From positions 2,337 to 66,336 of the forward strand of contig CAYINU010000002.1 in assembly GCA_964364855.1 (NCBI GenBank): DNA of 64,000 bases, given 5' to 3'. The notes under the pieces are model-generated. The model was not told the DNA's origin. It was given only the letters and a program-made list of their open reading frames with translations, and did not search any database. Position numbers and translations under genes: made by a program. Position 1 is the first letter of the stretch. Each line of letters starts with the position of its first letter. This stretch comes from an uncultured Candidatus Marinamargulisbacteria bacterium. Lineage in GTDB: Bacteria > Margulisbacteria > Marinamargulisbacteria > CAYINU01. Of the stretch, positions 7,987 through 19,842 are shown one piece after another.

Positions 7987-10131
7987 ATGCCCAGCATGAT
8001 ACTGGTTTCCAATAGGTTGCCCCTGAGCGTGTCTCAGGCCGAACAAGAATGGGTGCTAACACCCAGCGTGGGTGGCTTGGCCACGGCGTTGTCATCCTTA
8101 CATGCCCAACCTAACAGCCTATGGGTCGGATGGCCTGGTGTCAGTGCAGATAAGGGTGCTAGTTCCACATTGTATCGGGAGATTGCGCGCCAGCGCTGCG
8201 TGCCTGTTTCGCTGTCAGAAAAACAAGTTAATTTGTTTTACAACGGGTTTTGCTGCAAAACCTTGTGGCCGCTTTGTCATTACTTCACAGAGTCCGTTGC
8301 CTATCAGCAAGAAACGTGGGAGGCCTACCAACAAGTTAACGGCCAGTTTGCGGACGCGGTTTGCAGCGTGTACCGCCCCGGAGACGAGATCTGGGTACAG
8401 GATTTCCAGCTGATGTTGCTGCCAGCCATATTGCGAACACGCTTGCCCGAGGCCACTATTGTGTACTTTCATCACATTCCATTTCCCTCTTCTACGGTAT
8501 TTGAGGTATTGCCCTGGCATCGGGAGCTGTTGGCCGGTCTGCTGGGTGCCAATGTGATCGGCTTTCATACCTTCGACTATGCCCTCCATTTTGAGCGTGC
8601 CTGTTCGCGTTTTTTGTCGGTGGAGTGGCAAGACCACACGACATGCCGGACTGGGCACCAGAGCCGGGTCGGCGTATTCCCCATCGGCATTGATGCGACG
8701 GTCTTTTCTAGGGCTGTAAAGCGACCGGGTGTCCAAAAGGAATTGCTACGCCTTGACGACCGTTTTGGCCAGGTCAAACTCATGTTTTCGGTGGATAGGT
8801 TGGATTTTACGAAGGGGTTGTTGCCGCGTTTGGCGGCTTTCGAACGGTTTTTGGAGGACAATCCCGATTGGCGTCAGCGCGTGGTATGGCTGATGGTAGT
8901 GGTGCCGTCCCGCATTGAAGTTGACCTCTATAAGCGTCTCAAAAGCCAGGTGGATGAAACCGTAGCCCGGATTAACGGCCGCTTTTCGACTCTGGAATGG
9001 CAACCCATTTCCTATTTGTCACAAACGGTGCCCTTTGATCAGCTCGTAGCCCTATATCACCGGGCTGACGTGGCACTCATTACACCGATCCGCGACGGGA
9101 TGAATTTGGTGGCCAAAGAGTTTGTGGCGTCCAAAGGCCACAAATCTGGCGTGCTGATCCTGAGTCAAATGGCGGGTGCCAAATATGAATTGCACCAAGC
9201 CTTACTGGTCAATCCGGTTGACCTTCAGGAGGTTGCGCATGCCATCCGGATCGCGTTGGAAATGCCGTTGGCCGAGCAGCGCCGACGCCTTCGCCTGATG
9301 GTAGTCCGGGTTCGCCGGCAGTCTGTGAAGCGTTGGGTAGCGCAGATACGAGACGCCCTGGCCGCTACACTGCCGTCCCGTATTCGGGTGGGTGATGAAG
9401 GCCTCCAGCAGGAATGGAAACGCCATTTTCAGGTGGCGGTTTCCCGCACCCTGATGCTTGACTATGACGGAACCTTGGTCCCGTTTAACACAGATCCAGT
9501 CCGCTGTGCGCCTGACCTCTCGTTACGACGGCTATTGGCCAAATTGGCCCCGCATACCCAGGTGGTCATTGTCAGTGGGCGGGATCACCAAACCCTAAAA
9601 ACCTGGATAAAGGACCCCCGCATTGACTTGGTGGCCGAACATGGCAGATGGTTGCGCCAGGGGGGTAGGGTGATTGAAACGGCGCCAGACCTCAACTGGT
9701 GGACCTGGCTGAAGCCATTTTTAGAGGACCTCTGCGATAGGGTGCCTGGCACGTTGATCGAGGCCAAACGATATGGTCTGGTTTGGCATTACAGACCCGC
9801 TGATAGCCGTCATGCCAGGGATGCGTGGTCGCGTTTTTATGCCAGGCATGAGGGGGATTTTAAGGCGGCCAAAATCGACATTATCCTGGGTAATCATATT
9901 GTCGAATTTCAGCCGCATGGCATGAGCAAAGGACAGGCCATCTCAAGATGGCTAAAAGATCGACCGCAGTTTGCCATGGTGATCGGTGATGATGTTACGG
10001 ACGAAACGATGTTTGGCATCGCCCGCCAACAGGCCATTACATTGAAAGTGGGCGACGGTACAACCCAAGCGGCCTTTCGGCTACCGGATCATACCGCCGT
10101 TTTAAACTTACTCCGCTTTTTGATCCGCTGA
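7987..10131 (+). CDS. otsAB: bifunctional trehalose-6-phosphate synthase / trehalose-6-phosphate phosphatase (OtsA-OtsB fusion)
   Basis: The N-terminal GT20 domain reads ILVSNRLP...GGLATAL...WVGWPG..., and the C-terminal HAD domain reads [11 protein letters not shown]...VVIVSGRD.... An alternative ATG lies at 7996. Confidence 0.85.
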   Translation: MPSMILVSNRLPLSVSQAEQEWVLTPSVGGLATALSSLHAQPNSLWVGWPGVSADKGASSTLYREIARQRCVPVSLSEKQVNLFYNGFCCKTLWPLCHYFTESVAYQQETWEAYQQVNGQFADAVCSVYRPGDEIWVQDFQLMLLPAILRTRLPEATIVYFHHIPFPSSTVFEVLPWHRELLAGLLGANVIGFHTFDYALHFERACSRFLSVEWQDHTTCRTGHQSRVGVFPIGIDATVFSRAVKRPGVQKELLRLDDRFGQVKLMFSVDRLDFTKGLLPRLAAFERFLEDNPDWRQRVVWLMVVVPSRIEVDLYKRLKSQVDETVARINGRFSTLEWQPISYLSQTVPFDQLVALYHRADVALITPIRDGMNLVAKEFVASKGHKSGVLILSQMAGAKYELHQALLVNPVDLQEVAHAIRIALEMPLAEQRRRLRLMVVRVRRQSVKRWVAQIRDALAATLPSRIRVGDEGLQQEWKRHFQVAVSRTLMLDYDGTLVPFNTDPVRCAPDLSLRRLLAKLAPHTQVVIVSGRDHQTLKTWIKDPRIDLVAEHGRWLRQGGRVIETAPDLNWWTWLKPFLEDLCDRVPGTLIEAKRYGLVWHYRPADSRHARDAWSRFYARHEGDFKAAKIDIILGNHIVEFQPHGMSKGQAISRWLKDRPQFAMVIGDDVTDETMFGIARQQAITLKVGDGTTQAAFRLPDHTAVLNLLRFLIR

Positions 10132-12600
10132 CGGCGCTTCGTCTATTTCTTCCATCAGTCTTGCAAACGCGACGACGCGGTCATCAGAGTCCAACTTGAT
10201 AATCCGAACCCCTTGAGATTCACGGCGCTGGGTGGAGATGTTTTGTATCGATTGCCTGCATAGCGTGCCGTTTTTCGTGACGATCATCAATTCGTCTACC
10301 TTATGTGCGATCAGGGCATCCTGAACCTGTTCGCCTTTAAGTGAGGTTCGGAATTTCAACGACCGCACCCCAATGCCGCCGCGCTTCTGGGTTTTGAACT
10401 CGTCGATACGAATGGTTTTGCCATAGCCGTAGCACGTAATGAGTAAGAGGATGGATTTGGACTCCGGCTCGATGATGTCCATCGATACCAGGTAATCTTT
10501 GGGTCGCGTGGTGATGCCGCGTACCCCACGTGCCGTACGGCCCATGGCCCGGATTTGCTCTTCGGAGAAACGGATGCACATGCCTTGGGAGGTCACCATA
10601 ATGATGTGGTTTTTTCCATGAGTCTTTTTGACCCAGCGCAACGAATCCCCTTCGTCCAAATCGATGGCAATAATCGGCCGGTTTTTAAAATGGATAAAGT
10701 CACGAACCGCAGACTTTTTGATGACTCCTTTTTGGGTCGTCATCATCAGGTAGTCGTCAGTATCAAAATTGCGGACCGGAATAACAGTCGTAAGGTGCTC
10801 ATTTTCACCAAATTCCAGTAGGTGGGACAAGCTTAGGCCTTTGCTCTGACGGGAGGCTTCGGGGATTTGGTAAACCTTCATTTTGAAGACACGCCCCACG
10901 CTGGTAAAGCAGAGCAAGAAATCATGGGTGCTCGACACCATCAATTGATCGATGATGTCCTCTTCGCGGGTGGCCATCCCATTGATACCGCGGCCACCGC
11001 GCAGCTGGCTGCGGAACAGGGAAACGGGCATGCGTTTGACAAATCCTTTGTTGGTGAGGAGTACGGCGACTTGTTCGTCTGGGATCAGGTCTTCGATGTC
11101 AAACACTTCAAGTTCTCCACCGAGTTCAGTACGCCGCTTGTCTGAATAGTTGTCTTTGATTTCCAAGTGCTCGGTTTTGATAATGCCGAGTATGCGGCCA
11201 TCGTTAGACAAGATATCCTTGAGGTCGGAAATGGTGACCAGGAGTTTTTGGAATTCGTCCTCGATCTTGTCCCGTTCCAAACCGGTCAGCCGCTGCAGGC
11301 GCATTTCCAAAATGGCCACGGACTGCTTTTCGCTGAGCTTGAATTTCGTCATCAAACCGCTGCGGGCTTCGTCGACATTGGGGGCTTTTTTAATGAGCGC
11401 GATGACGGCATCAATGTTTTGAAGCGCGATGCGCAAGCCTTCCAGAATATGGAGGCGGGCTTCGGCGGCCCTCAGATCAAATTCCGTGCGACGTCGGATG
11501 ATGACTTTACGATGCGCGATGTAATGGACAAGGATTTCTTTGATGTTTAATGTCCGCGGGATGCCATTGACCAATGCCACCATATTGATCCCGAAGCTGG
11601 TTTGCAGCTGGGTATGCTTGTAGAGCTGGTTCAGCACGACCTCAGCCTGGGCGTCCCGTTTGAGCTCGATATAAATGCGCATCCCTTTGCGGTCGGATTC
11701 GTCCCGCAGATCGGCAATATCAGGGATCTTTTTGTCGTTTACCAATTCCGCAATTTTGATAATGAGGTTGGCCTTGTTCACCATGTATGGAATTTCCGTG
11801 ACGATGATGGCCTTTTTATTCTTCTTGCTGGATTCTTCAATGTGCGTTTTTCCGCGGACCGTGATGATGCCCCGGCCGGTCGTGTAGCCTTCCACGATGC
11901 CTCTGCGGCCGCAGATGATGCCGCCGGTAGGGAAGTCCGGACCTTTGATCAGGGTGCAAAGGTCCATGATATCGATGTCGGGGTTGTCGACCATGGCGCA
12001 GATGCCGTCGACCAATTCCCCCAAATGGTGGGGCGGAATGTTGGTGGCCATGCCGACTGCGATACCGGACGTGCCGTTCAGCAGGAGGTTGGGTAGGCGA
12101 GAGGGCAGGACGGTGGGTTCTTGCAAGGATTCATCGAAGTTGGGAGCAAAATCGACCGTTTCTTTTTCGATGTCGGCCAGCAATTCCATGCTGATTGGGG
12201 CCATGCGGGCTTCGGTATACCGCATCGCCGCTGCATTATCGCCGTCGACAGACCCATAGTTGCCCTGGCCATCGATCAGGGGGTAGCGCAGTGAGAAGTC
12301 TTGGGCCATCCGGACCAAAGAATCGTACACGGCCGAGTCACCGTGGGGGTGGTATCGACCCAGCACGTCGCCCACGATTCTGGCACATTTTTTGTAAGGT
12401 CGACTGGAGGTGTAGCCTGCATCATACATGGCATACAAGATCCGGCGATGAACCGGCTTTAGTCCGTCGCGGACATCAGGAAGGGCACGGCCCACGATGA
12501 CCGACATGGCGTATTCCAGATACGAGGACTTCATCTCCTCATCGATGGAGATCGGTTTGTATGCGGATACGATTTCGTCTGGTAGTTGGGATTCGTCCAT
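10108..12600 (-). CDS. gyrA: DNA gyrase subunit A
   Basis: [11 protein letters not shown]...[29 protein letters not shown]...[34 protein letters not shown] matches GyrA. The protein is 830 aa. Confidence 0.95.
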   Translation of the reverse strand: MDESQLPDEIVSAYKPISIDEEMKSSYLEYAMSVIVGRALPDVRDGLKPVHRRILYAMYDAGYTSSRPYKKCARIVGDVLGRYHPHGDSAVYDSLVRMAQDFSLRYPLIDGQGNYGSVDGDNAAAMRYTEARMAPISMELLADIEKETVDFAPNFDESLQEPTVLPSRLPNLLLNGTSGIAVGMATNIPPHHLGELVDGICAMVDNPDIDIMDLCTLIKGPDFPTGGIICGRRGIVEGYTTGRGIITVRGKTHIEESSKKNKKAIIVTEIPYMVNKANLIIKIAELVNDKKIPDIADLRDESDRKGMRIYIELKRDAQAEVVLNQLYKHTQLQTSFGINMVALVNGIPRTLNIKEILVHYIAHRKVIIRRRTEFDLRAAEARLHILEGLRIALQNIDAVIALIKKAPNVDEARSGLMTKFKLSEKQSVAILEMRLQRLTGLERDKIEDEFQKLLVTISDLKDILSNDGRILGIIKTEHLEIKDNYSDKRRTELGGELEVFDIEDLIPDEQVAVLLTNKGFVKRMPVSLFRSQLRGGRGINGMATREEDIIDQLMVSSTHDFLLCFTSVGRVFKMKVYQIPEASRQSKGLSLSHLLEFGENEHLTTVIPVRNFDTDDYLMMTTQKGVIKKSAVRDFIHFKNRPIIAIDLDEGDSLRWVKKTHGKNHIIMVTSQGMCIRFSEEQIRAMGRTARGVRGITTRPKDYLVSMDIIEPESKSILLLITCYGYGKTIRIDEFKTQKRGGIGVRSLKFRTSLKGEQVQDALIAHKVDELMIVTKNGTLCRQSIQNISTQRRESQGVRIIKLDSDDRVVAFARLMEEIDEAPSADQKAE

Positions 12601-12613
12601 GGTGTCTCCTTAA

Positions 12614-14572
12614 TTAAACGTCGATCCAACGGACCGTTTTGGCATACTTTTCAATAAATTCGCGGCGAGGCTCTACTTTGCTGCCCATCAGCAATGTGAA
12701 GATTTCATCAGCCTCTTCGCCGTCCAGGAGGGTGACTTGCAGCATCGAGCGGACCTTGGGATCCAACGTGGTCTCCCAAAGTTGATCGGGGTTCATCTCA
12801 CCCAACCCTTTATAACGTTGAATGTTCACGCGCTCACGACCGATTTCGGTCAGCACTTCTTCGAGCTCTTTGTCGTTGTAGGCATAGCGCTTGCTGTTGC
12901 CTTTTTTCACCAGGTATAGCGGTGGCTGCGCGATGTAGAGTGCGCCGGCCTCGATGAGCTGTCTGGCGTGGCGGAAAAAGAAGGTCAAAAGCAGGGTCCG
13001 GATGTGTGCACCGTCAACGTCGGCATCGGTCATAATCACGATTTTGTGGTAGCGCAATTTGGCCAACAGGTCGGCGGCTGTGGGTGGGTTGTCGGTGTCC
13101 TCAGTGGCTGGCTGGAGGCCAGAGATGGCCTCGGGTCCGATAGCGGTAATCAGACAGCGTATTTCTTCGTTACTTAAAATTTTATCCAAGCGTGCCTTTT
13201 CGACGTTCAATACCTTGCCGCGTAACGGCAGGATAGCCTGGAAGTTGCGGTCGCGTGCCTGTTTGGCGGATCCGCCGGCGGAGTCCCCTTCGACCAGAAA
13301 GATTTCGCATTTGGATGCATCTTTTTCCGAACAATCGGCAAGCTTGCCGGGCAGTGCCAAGCTTTCTAGTGCGCCTTTGCGCCGTGCCAGATCCTGGGCT
13401 TTGCGGGTGGCTTCGCGGACACGCTGGGCCTCCAGGGCCTTGCCGACGATGGAACGGCCCACCTTGGGGTTGGTCTCGATGTAGTCGGTAAGGCCTTCGT
13501 CCAGCATCGAGTCGACCAGGCCTTTGACTTCGGAGTTGCCGAGCTTCGTTTTGGTTTGGCCTTCAAATTGGGGATTGCGCAGCCGCACCGAAATGACGGC
13601 CGTTAACCCTTCACGCAGATCGTTTCCGGTTAAGGGCGTCCCATTTTTACCCAGCAATTCATATTTTTTTGAAAAACTATTCATTACCCGAGTGAGAGCC
13701 GAACGGAACCCCACGACGTGAGTACCGCCTTCTCGGGTGCGGATGTTGTTGGCAAATGACACCAAGTGTTCGTCGTAGTAGTCACTGACATACTGCATCG
13801 CGACCTCGACTTCGTAGTCGTTGCGGTCTTTTTTCAAATAGATCGGAGGCGAAAACAATGGCGTTTTCCCATCGTTTAAGGTTTCCACATAAGACTTGAT
13901 ACCGCCTTCGAATTGGTAATCCCGAACTGTGGGGACTTCGAATCGATTGTCTGTGAACAAAATCCGAAGACCGGGGTTGAGATAGGCCAGCTCCTTTAAC
14001 CGAAAATCAATTTGTTCGGAGGTAAAGTCCACTTCCTCAAAAATCTGGGCATCTGGCTTAAAAATAACCGTTGTACCCGTCGGAAGGTTGGGAGCCGCTT
14101 CCAGAACGCCGGGAGACTTGACTGGCTTGCCTCGCTTAAAATCCTGGGTGTATTTTTTATCATCGCGATAAACAATGACCTTGAGCCATTCGGCCAGGGC
14201 ATTTACAACGGAAACGCCTACACCGTGCAAACCACCGGATACCTTGTACCCTTCGCCCTCAAACTTACCGCCGGCATGCAAGGTAGTTAGGACAACTTCG
14301 ACGGCAGGAACCCCTTTGTCTTTTTGGATATCGATCGGAATACCGCGACCATTGTCTTCGACGGTGACGATGTTATCTGCATCAATGGTAACTTTCACCT
14401 CGGTACAATAGCCGGCCATGGCCTCGTCGATACTGTTGTCGACGACTTCGAAAATCAAATGGTTCAGGCCGGACTTTGCAGTAGTACCGATGTACATGCC
14501 CGGCCGTTTGCGCACTGCTTCAAGGCCTTCGAGGACCTTGATATGGGCAGCTGTGTATTCTTGTGTTGTCAT
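12614..14572 (-). CDS. gyrB: DNA gyrase subunit B
   Basis: ...[22 protein letters not shown]...[20 protein letters not shown]... matches GyrB. The protein is 652 aa and sits upstream of gyrA in the same operon. Confidence 0.95.
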   Translation of the reverse strand: [652 protein letters not shown]

Positions 14573-14735
14573 GATGAAACTCCCTCAGGTCGTTAAGTGT
14601 AAATATAGCACGAGCTCAGGGTCTTTTTTAAGAGTTTATGTTGTTAACAGAATCGCCATTGTTACCTCATCGGTCTACGCCTCTTCAACGCTTCGGTTCT
14701 TTACACTTGCAGGACCCAAAAGGACGAAGTGGATT

Positions 14736-14945
14736 CTACCCCCCACCCACAAACTGCACGATCTCGATGACGGCCTTTGATGGGATTACGGTGGCGTCAA
14801 AATGCTGAGACTGGTAGATGACGCCATTCATCTCGATGACGCGATGCTTGGTATCTAATTGTAGATGGGTGAGTAATTCGGAAAGGGTCACGTGGTCTTC
14901 CGGGAGCTGGGTCGCTTTACCGTTAACTGTGATGACTAAACTCAA
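14736..14945 (-). CDS. thiS: ThiS/MoaD-like sulfur-carrier (ubiquitin-like beta-grasp) protein, TTG start overlapping the lepB stop
   Basis: (M)SLVITVNGKATQLPEDHVTLSELLTHLQLDTKHRVIEMNGVIYQSQHFDATVIPSKAVIEIVQFVGGG, ending in GG (compare Bacillus ThiS ...VIEIVHFVGGG). The TTG at complement 14943-14945 overlaps the lepB TGA as TTGA. The ORF track shows a longer 96-aa version that would overlap lepB. Confidence 0.6.
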   Translation of the reverse strand: MSLVITVNGKATQLPEDHVTLSELLTHLQLDTKHRVIEMNGVIYQSQHFDATVIPSKAVIEIVQFVGGG

Positions 14946-15538
14946 TGGACAACCTGTACCCGGGCGGGTGGCCAGTAGATGAATTCGGCGATACCGATGA
15001 GGTCCTTTTTGGGCACAAAGCCCCACACCCGCGAATCCGCGGAATTCCCACGGTTGTCTCCCAACACAAAGTAATGGTCACTGGGAACGGTGATGGGGCC
15101 AAAAAAACTGTAATCCGTATCCACATTTACACCCGGAAGATCCAGGAACTGGTCGTTGACATACACGTCGCCGCGTTGAATAAGGATGCGATCCCCGGGC
15201 AACCCGATCAGACGCTTAACAAATTCGCGATTATCTTTGTAAGGTGACTCGAACAATATGACCTCGCCTTGACGGGGTATGCGGTAGTAAAACGGGATCT
15301 TGTTAACAATGACCCGATCCCCGATCTGAAGCGTGGGAATCATCGACCCGGAAAACACCAGAGACGATTGCAAGATGAATTGCTTGATGAGTAGGGCGAG
15401 AATGATGGCGCTACCCAAAGTCTCAGCCAGTTCCACCACCCAGTATGTGGCGGGACGGCGTTGCTTGAGGTTTTCCTTGTATTCTGCCCAACGGTCCATC
15501 CAAGAACGCATAGGCCGAGGGACCCATTTTCGTGTCAT
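14942..15538 (-). CDS. lepB: signal peptidase I
   Basis: An N-terminal TM helix is followed by SGSMIPTL (Ser box), VKRLIGLPGD and GDNRGNSADSR boxes typical of S26 peptidases. Confidence 0.9.
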   Translation of the reverse strand: MTRKWVPRPMRSWMDRWAEYKENLKQRRPATYWVVELAETLGSAIILALLIKQFILQSSLVFSGSMIPTLQIGDRVIVNKIPFYYRIPRQGEVILFESPYKDNREFVKRLIGLPGDRILIQRGDVYVNDQFLDLPGVNVDTDYSFFGPITVPSDHYFVLGDNRGNSADSRVWGFVPKKDLIGIAEFIYWPPARVQVVH

Positions 15539-15642
15539 TGCAACACTATATCCTGTCTATTGCTGATGTACTAGCGGGGGGCTAGCTTCGCCTGATACAA
15601 TGCCTAAACTGTGTGGGGGTTTTCCCAGGAGGATTAAGGATC

Positions 15643-16671
15643 ATGATTATTGTGATGACACGTGAAGCAACAGACGGTGACATTCAAATCATCGTCGAAA
15701 AAGTGGAAGAACTGGGACTGAAGGCCCACGTTATTCGTGGGATCATGAATACCGTGATAGGCGCGATCGGCGAAAACAAGGACAAAGAGCGGGTCAACTC
15801 GTTTGTGAATTACCCTGGGGTAGAATCCGTTATGCCTATTGCCAAACCGTATAAGTTGGCCTCCCGCACCTTTAAAAAAGAAGATACGGTATTTTCCGTA
15901 AATGGCGTTCAATTCGGCGGCGGTAATTTCGTGGTGATCGCAGGGCCATGTTCGGTCGAATCCGAGCAGCAAACCCTGGAGGCTGCTCGGGCCGTTAAAG
16001 CCTCCGGCGCACAATTTCTGCGCGGTGGGGCTTTTAAACCCCGCACCTCGCCCTATAGCTTTCAAGGTCTCAAAGACGAAGGACTGCGCATCTTACAAAA
16101 GGCCAAGCAAGAAACCGGTCTTGGCATCGTCACCGAGTTGGTCACCCCGCAAGACGCGCCGTTGGTGGCCGAATATACCGACATTATTCAGGTGGGCGCG
16201 CGCAATATGCAAAACTTTGGCCTGCTATTGGCTGCTGGCAAAACGAAAAAGCCGGTATTACTCAAGCGTGGCATGTCCGCGACCATCGAAGAGTTTTTGA
16301 TGTCGGCGGAGTACATCATGTCCGAGGGCAGCTATGACGTGATCATGTGTGAACGGGGCATCCGGACGTTTGAAACGGCATACCGCAACACATTGGACCT
16401 AAATGCTGTCCCTGCACTCAAATTACTGACGCACTTACCGGTGTTTGTTGATCCCAGCCATGGCACGGGCCGGCGGGACCTTATTCTTCCGATGAGTAAG
16501 GCTGCCATTGCGGCAGGCGCCGACGGATTGATTTTGGAAGTCCATCCGCATCCTGAGCAAGCCATGTCGGATGGCCCGCAATCCCTAACCCCGAAAGAAT
16601 TTGACACCCTGATGAAAGAAATCCGGCCGTTCGTGGAAGCGGCCGGCAAAAAGCTGCATGCGATTAAGTGA
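15643..16671 (+). CDS. aroG: 3-deoxy-7-phosphoheptulonate (DAHP) synthase, type I-beta with N-terminal ferredoxin-like/ACT regulatory domain
   Basis: A catalytic barrel reads ...[10 protein letters not shown]...[18 protein letters not shown]...KRG...DPSHG..., with a roughly 75-aa N-terminal domain as in Thermotoga/Bacillus-type enzymes. An AGGAGG RBS lies at 15628-15633, so ATG 15643 is preferred over the track start at 15613. Confidence 0.85.
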   Translation: MIIVMTREATDGDIQIIVEKVEELGLKAHVIRGIMNTVIGAIGENKDKERVNSFVNYPGVESVMPIAKPYKLASRTFKKEDTVFSVNGVQFGGGNFVVIAGPCSVESEQQTLEAARAVKASGAQFLRGGAFKPRTSPYSFQGLKDEGLRILQKAKQETGLGIVTELVTPQDAPLVAEYTDIIQVGARNMQNFGLLLAAGKTKKPVLLKRGMSATIEEFLMSAEYIMSEGSYDVIMCERGIRTFETAYRNTLDLNAVPALKLLTHLPVFVDPSHGTGRRDLILPMSKAAIAAGADGLILEVHPHPEQAMSDGPQSLTPKEFDTLMKEIRPFVEAAGKKLHAIK

Positions 16672-18910
16672 GTCGGATCTTAATCAGATCCGGGTGCTAC
16701 TCGGACGAGATCCGTCTGTCGTTGAGTCCTACGTGTTTGATGCCATGTGGAGTGAGCACTGTTCATACAAAAGTAGCAAACGTGTTCTGAAGGCCCACTT
16801 GCCTACCCAAAGCGCCGTAGTGGCATTGGGCATTGGCGAGGATTCTGGCATTTTCCGTTGGACTCACCATGAGGGAAAGTCTTACTGCATCGCCATCTCC
16901 CACGAATCACATAACCACCCATCCCAGATTTTACCCATCGAAGGTGCCGCGACTGGCGTGGGGGGGGTGGTGCGGGATGTGTACTGCATGGGTGCTGATG
17001 TAATCGGCGTACTGAATTCCCTCCACTTTGGGATTCCTGAAGGGCCGGATTCCCACGTTGAGGAAATCGCGACCAATGTGGTCGTGGGGGTATCCGATTA
17101 CGCCAACCCACTGGGGGTTCCGGTATTGGGCGGGGAGACCGTTTTTCACCCCTCTTATAACGACAATTGTTTGGTGAATGTGGCCGCGGTGGGGCTTCTC
17201 ACCGAGGATCGCATCATCCGTAGCCGGGTGCCCGAGCGGGCCGCCCGCGAGCCCTATGACGTGATTTTGGTGGGCAAATCGACCGACGCCACTGGATTTG
17301 GGGGGGCCAGCTTTTCATCGGCCACGCTAGACGAAGAAGATACGTCTGCCAATATGGGCGCGGTTCAGGTCCATGACCCGTTTTTAAAACGGGTCGTGGT
17401 GGAGGCTATTCGGCAATTGCTTAAAGAAGTGGAAACGACGGGTGTCGAAATCGGATTCAAAGACCTGGGTGCCGGGGGTATAGCCTGCGCAACGTCCGAA
17501 ATTGCAGCTGCCGGAGGTTTCGGTGTAACGGTGGATCTGGATGCGGTGAACGTGGCGATCCGGGATCTGCCTTCCGAAGTGATTGCCGTTTCGGAAACAC
17601 AAGAGCGATTCTGCCTGGTGGTGCCCCGTAATTTTAAGGACCGGGTTCTCCAGATTTTCAATGATGACTTTGCGTTGCCTCAGCTGTATCCGCATGCCGG
17701 AGCAGTGGTCATCGGCACCGTCAAAACCGAGCAAACCTTCACCCTGCTGCGAGCCGGACATGTCGTGTGCGATTTGCCTGTAAAAGCGATTACCACCGAG
17801 GTTTCTGCCCATCGGGAATCTATTTCTCGGCCGATCAACCGTACTGCTGCCGATCCCGCGCCGGTACAGTCCGAAGTCGTGGCTCAAGCCTGCCAAGAGA
17901 TCGTAGCCCATCTCAACGGCGAGTCCAAATATTATGTGTATCGTCATTTTGACCAGGCGGTGCGTGGGGAGACGGTGTGCTATCCGGGTGAAGTTGATGC
18001 TGTCGTTACTGCTCCGGTTCGCGGGTTGTTTACGGGGTTGGCGGTGAGTATGGATAGCAACATCTATGGCAATCACGATCCCTATGTGTCCGGTGCTTAT
18101 GCCGTTGCCGAGTCCATTCGCAACGTCGTTGCGGTAGGGGGTGTCCCGCTGGCCCTGACGGATTGTCTGAACTATGGCAATCCGGAAAAGCCCGACGTCT
18201 TTTTCGATTTCGAAGAAGGCGTCAAGGGCATTGCCGATGCAGCGCGAAAATTAAATCCCTTCGGCGAAGAGCCCATTGCCATCATTTCCGGCAATGTTAG
18301 TTTTTACAACGAATCCAAAAAAGGCCGTGCCGTGGTGCCATCGCCTGTGGTGGCATGCTGTGGGCGGGTCGATGATTTTCGCCGTATTCCCGGCATCCCT
18401 CTAAAGGCCGCGGATTCGGTTTTGATTCGGATCGGGGGGTATTATCCTGAGTTTGGTGGAACGGCCCTCTCGGACATCCTTCGGGGCCTCAATACCGTGG
18501 CGCCGCAGGTGCGGTTTGAGCTGGAATGCTTGGCTAATCATGTGGTTTGGAATCTCATCGCCGAACGGATGGTATTGGCTTGCCATGACATTTCGCAAGG
18601 TGGGTTGTGGCTTGCTGTTGTGGAAATGGCGTTAGGGGCCCGCGCGACAGGAACTATCGGAGTGCAGCTACAGTTGCCGGAAGGGGTGCATCCGTTTTCC
18701 TGGCTGTTTTCTGAAAATGGGGGATTTGTGATCGAAGTATCAGCGGACAAAATAGGCGACGTCCGACGGCGCTTGACCACGGCAAACGTTCCTTGGGATG
18801 AAGTCGGTATGACCCAATCCCATCCTACTCTCAACGTGACTCAGCAAGGTAACCTGATCGTGAACTGGCCCCTGGCCGATGTGGCTGTAGTATGGAAACG
18901 ACGGGCATGA
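16658..18910 (+). CDS. purL: phosphoribosylformylglycinamidine synthase subunit PurL
   Basis: ...[14 protein letters not shown]...SHESHNHPS...[12 protein letters not shown]... matches PurL. The protein is 750 aa. Confidence 0.9.
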   Translation: MRLSESDLNQIRVLLGRDPSVVESYVFDAMWSEHCSYKSSKRVLKAHLPTQSAVVALGIGEDSGIFRWTHHEGKSYCIAISHESHNHPSQILPIEGAATGVGGVVRDVYCMGADVIGVLNSLHFGIPEGPDSHVEEIATNVVVGVSDYANPLGVPVLGGETVFHPSYNDNCLVNVAAVGLLTEDRIIRSRVPERAAREPYDVILVGKSTDATGFGGASFSSATLDEEDTSANMGAVQVHDPFLKRVVVEAIRQLLKEVETTGVEIGFKDLGAGGIACATSEIAAAGGFGVTVDLDAVNVAIRDLPSEVIAVSETQERFCLVVPRNFKDRVLQIFNDDFALPQLYPHAGAVVIGTVKTEQTFTLLRAGHVVCDLPVKAITTEVSAHRESISRPINRTAADPAPVQSEVVAQACQEIVAHLNGESKYYVYRHFDQAVRGETVCYPGEVDAVVTAPVRGLFTGLAVSMDSNIYGNHDPYVSGAYAVAESIRNVVAVGGVPLALTDCLNYGNPEKPDVFFDFEEGVKGIADAARKLNPFGEEPIAIISGNVSFYNESKKGRAVVPSPVVACCGRVDDFRRIPGIPLKAADSVLIRIGGYYPEFGGTALSDILRGLNTVAPQVRFELECLANHVVWNLIAERMVLACHDISQGGLWLAVVEMALGARATGTIGVQLQLPEGVHPFSWLFSENGGFVIEVSADKIGDVRRRLTTANVPWDEVGMTQSHPTLNVTQQGNLIVNWPLADVAVVWKRRA

Positions 18911-19842
18911 AAACCAAGCTGCTGTTAGCGGTGCTAACCTTTCTCATCCCCTCGGGGATGGTTGCGGCGTCACCGGTGGTCGGTACGGCAGATGTGGCCC
19001 AAAAATTTGAGACCGCACTGCGTTGGGAAAATGCAGGGCTCTGGGTGCCGGCGGGCCGTGCGTACCGCGACGTGCTGCAGCTGATTCCCACAACACCTGA
19101 TGTGCAGGAAACCTCTTTTTATCGACTCTACGGTGCGGTGGCAACCTATCGTCTGGCGATGGTTTCTGTTCAAACCGCGTATACGGGCCTGGCCAAACTG
19201 ACGGATCAAGTCAGTACGTTACAGTCGGTATCGGATCACGTCGATGCGGCCTTGGCTCAGTTAACGGCATTGCCGGCCCTTTCGCCTGCAGAAAAATTGT
19301 GGATGAGTTTGTTGTATAACGCCAGGGCTACGCTGGGCGTGGCCATCACATACCATTTACTCAATGGTGTTGTTTGGAAGCATTATATTATCTATCCCTT
19401 GGACGGCTTGTCCGGAATCCTGGCCACAGCTGCGTCGGACTATCGACGGTCTTTGGCGTATCTCGATCAAAAGCCAGCCAATCCGACGTCTTGGTGGCGA
19501 CGGCTGTTAATCTGGCTCCATATCCGAGACGCCGATACACCTGCCTTTTACCGGTTGGTTGACCAACACATGGCCCAGATTGTTCGCGTCGAAACGCCCG
19601 AGACGGTTAACCTGACTTGCCGGGCTCTAAAAGCCAGCGACGTCAAAAAAGCTGAGCAAAACCTGGTCCGTCTCTATTTGCGGAGCTACCAGGCCCGACA
19701 GGTGATTGGCAATACCCGCATCGTTACCCGCCTTCGGGATGCGGATGAGGCTAACCTCGAAGCGGTGATCGGGAACCGGCGCCTGTTTAAAACGATCGAT
19801 CAACTTGCCCAATCAGCAGGATTGCTTTACGACCTGCGATGA
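18907..19842 (+). CDS. hypothetical secreted alpha-helical protein
   Basis: A signal peptide [21 protein letters not shown] opens the protein. ATG 18907 overlaps the purL stop as ATGA, and the track's alternative start is 18892. No recognisable family was seen. Confidence 0.5.
   Translation: MKTKLLLAVLTFLIPSGMVAASPVVGTADVAQKFETALRWENAGLWVPAGRAYRDVLQLIPTTPDVQETSFYRLYGAVATYRLAMVSVQTAYTGLAKLTDQVSTLQSVSDHVDAALAQLTALPALSPAEKLWMSLLYNARATLGVAITYHLLNGVVWKHYIIYPLDGLSGILATAASDYRRSLAYLDQKPANPTSWWRRLLIWLHIRDADTPAFYRLVDQHMAQIVRVETPETVNLTCRALKASDVKKAEQNLVRLYLRSYQARQVIGNTRIVTRLRDADEANLEAVIGNRRLFKTIDQLAQSAGLLYDLR

Noticed and set aside
10108-14572. Inteins or large insertions in gyrA/gyrB
   Set aside because: Protein lengths (830 and 652 aa) and continuous conserved motifs indicate no intein.
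10337-14596. Numerous antisense or alternate-frame ORFs inside gyrA and gyrB (for example 10555-10821, 11602-12096, 13059-13484, 14324-14596)
   Set aside because: They are shadow ORFs in GC-rich coding sequence, opposite or overlapping strongly conserved gyrase frames.
15539-15642. Palindrome ctagcggggggctag and -10-like tacaat in the lepB/aroG divergent spacer as a defined operator
   Set aside because: The spacing to any -35 is poor and there is no second copy. It is too weak to call as a feature.
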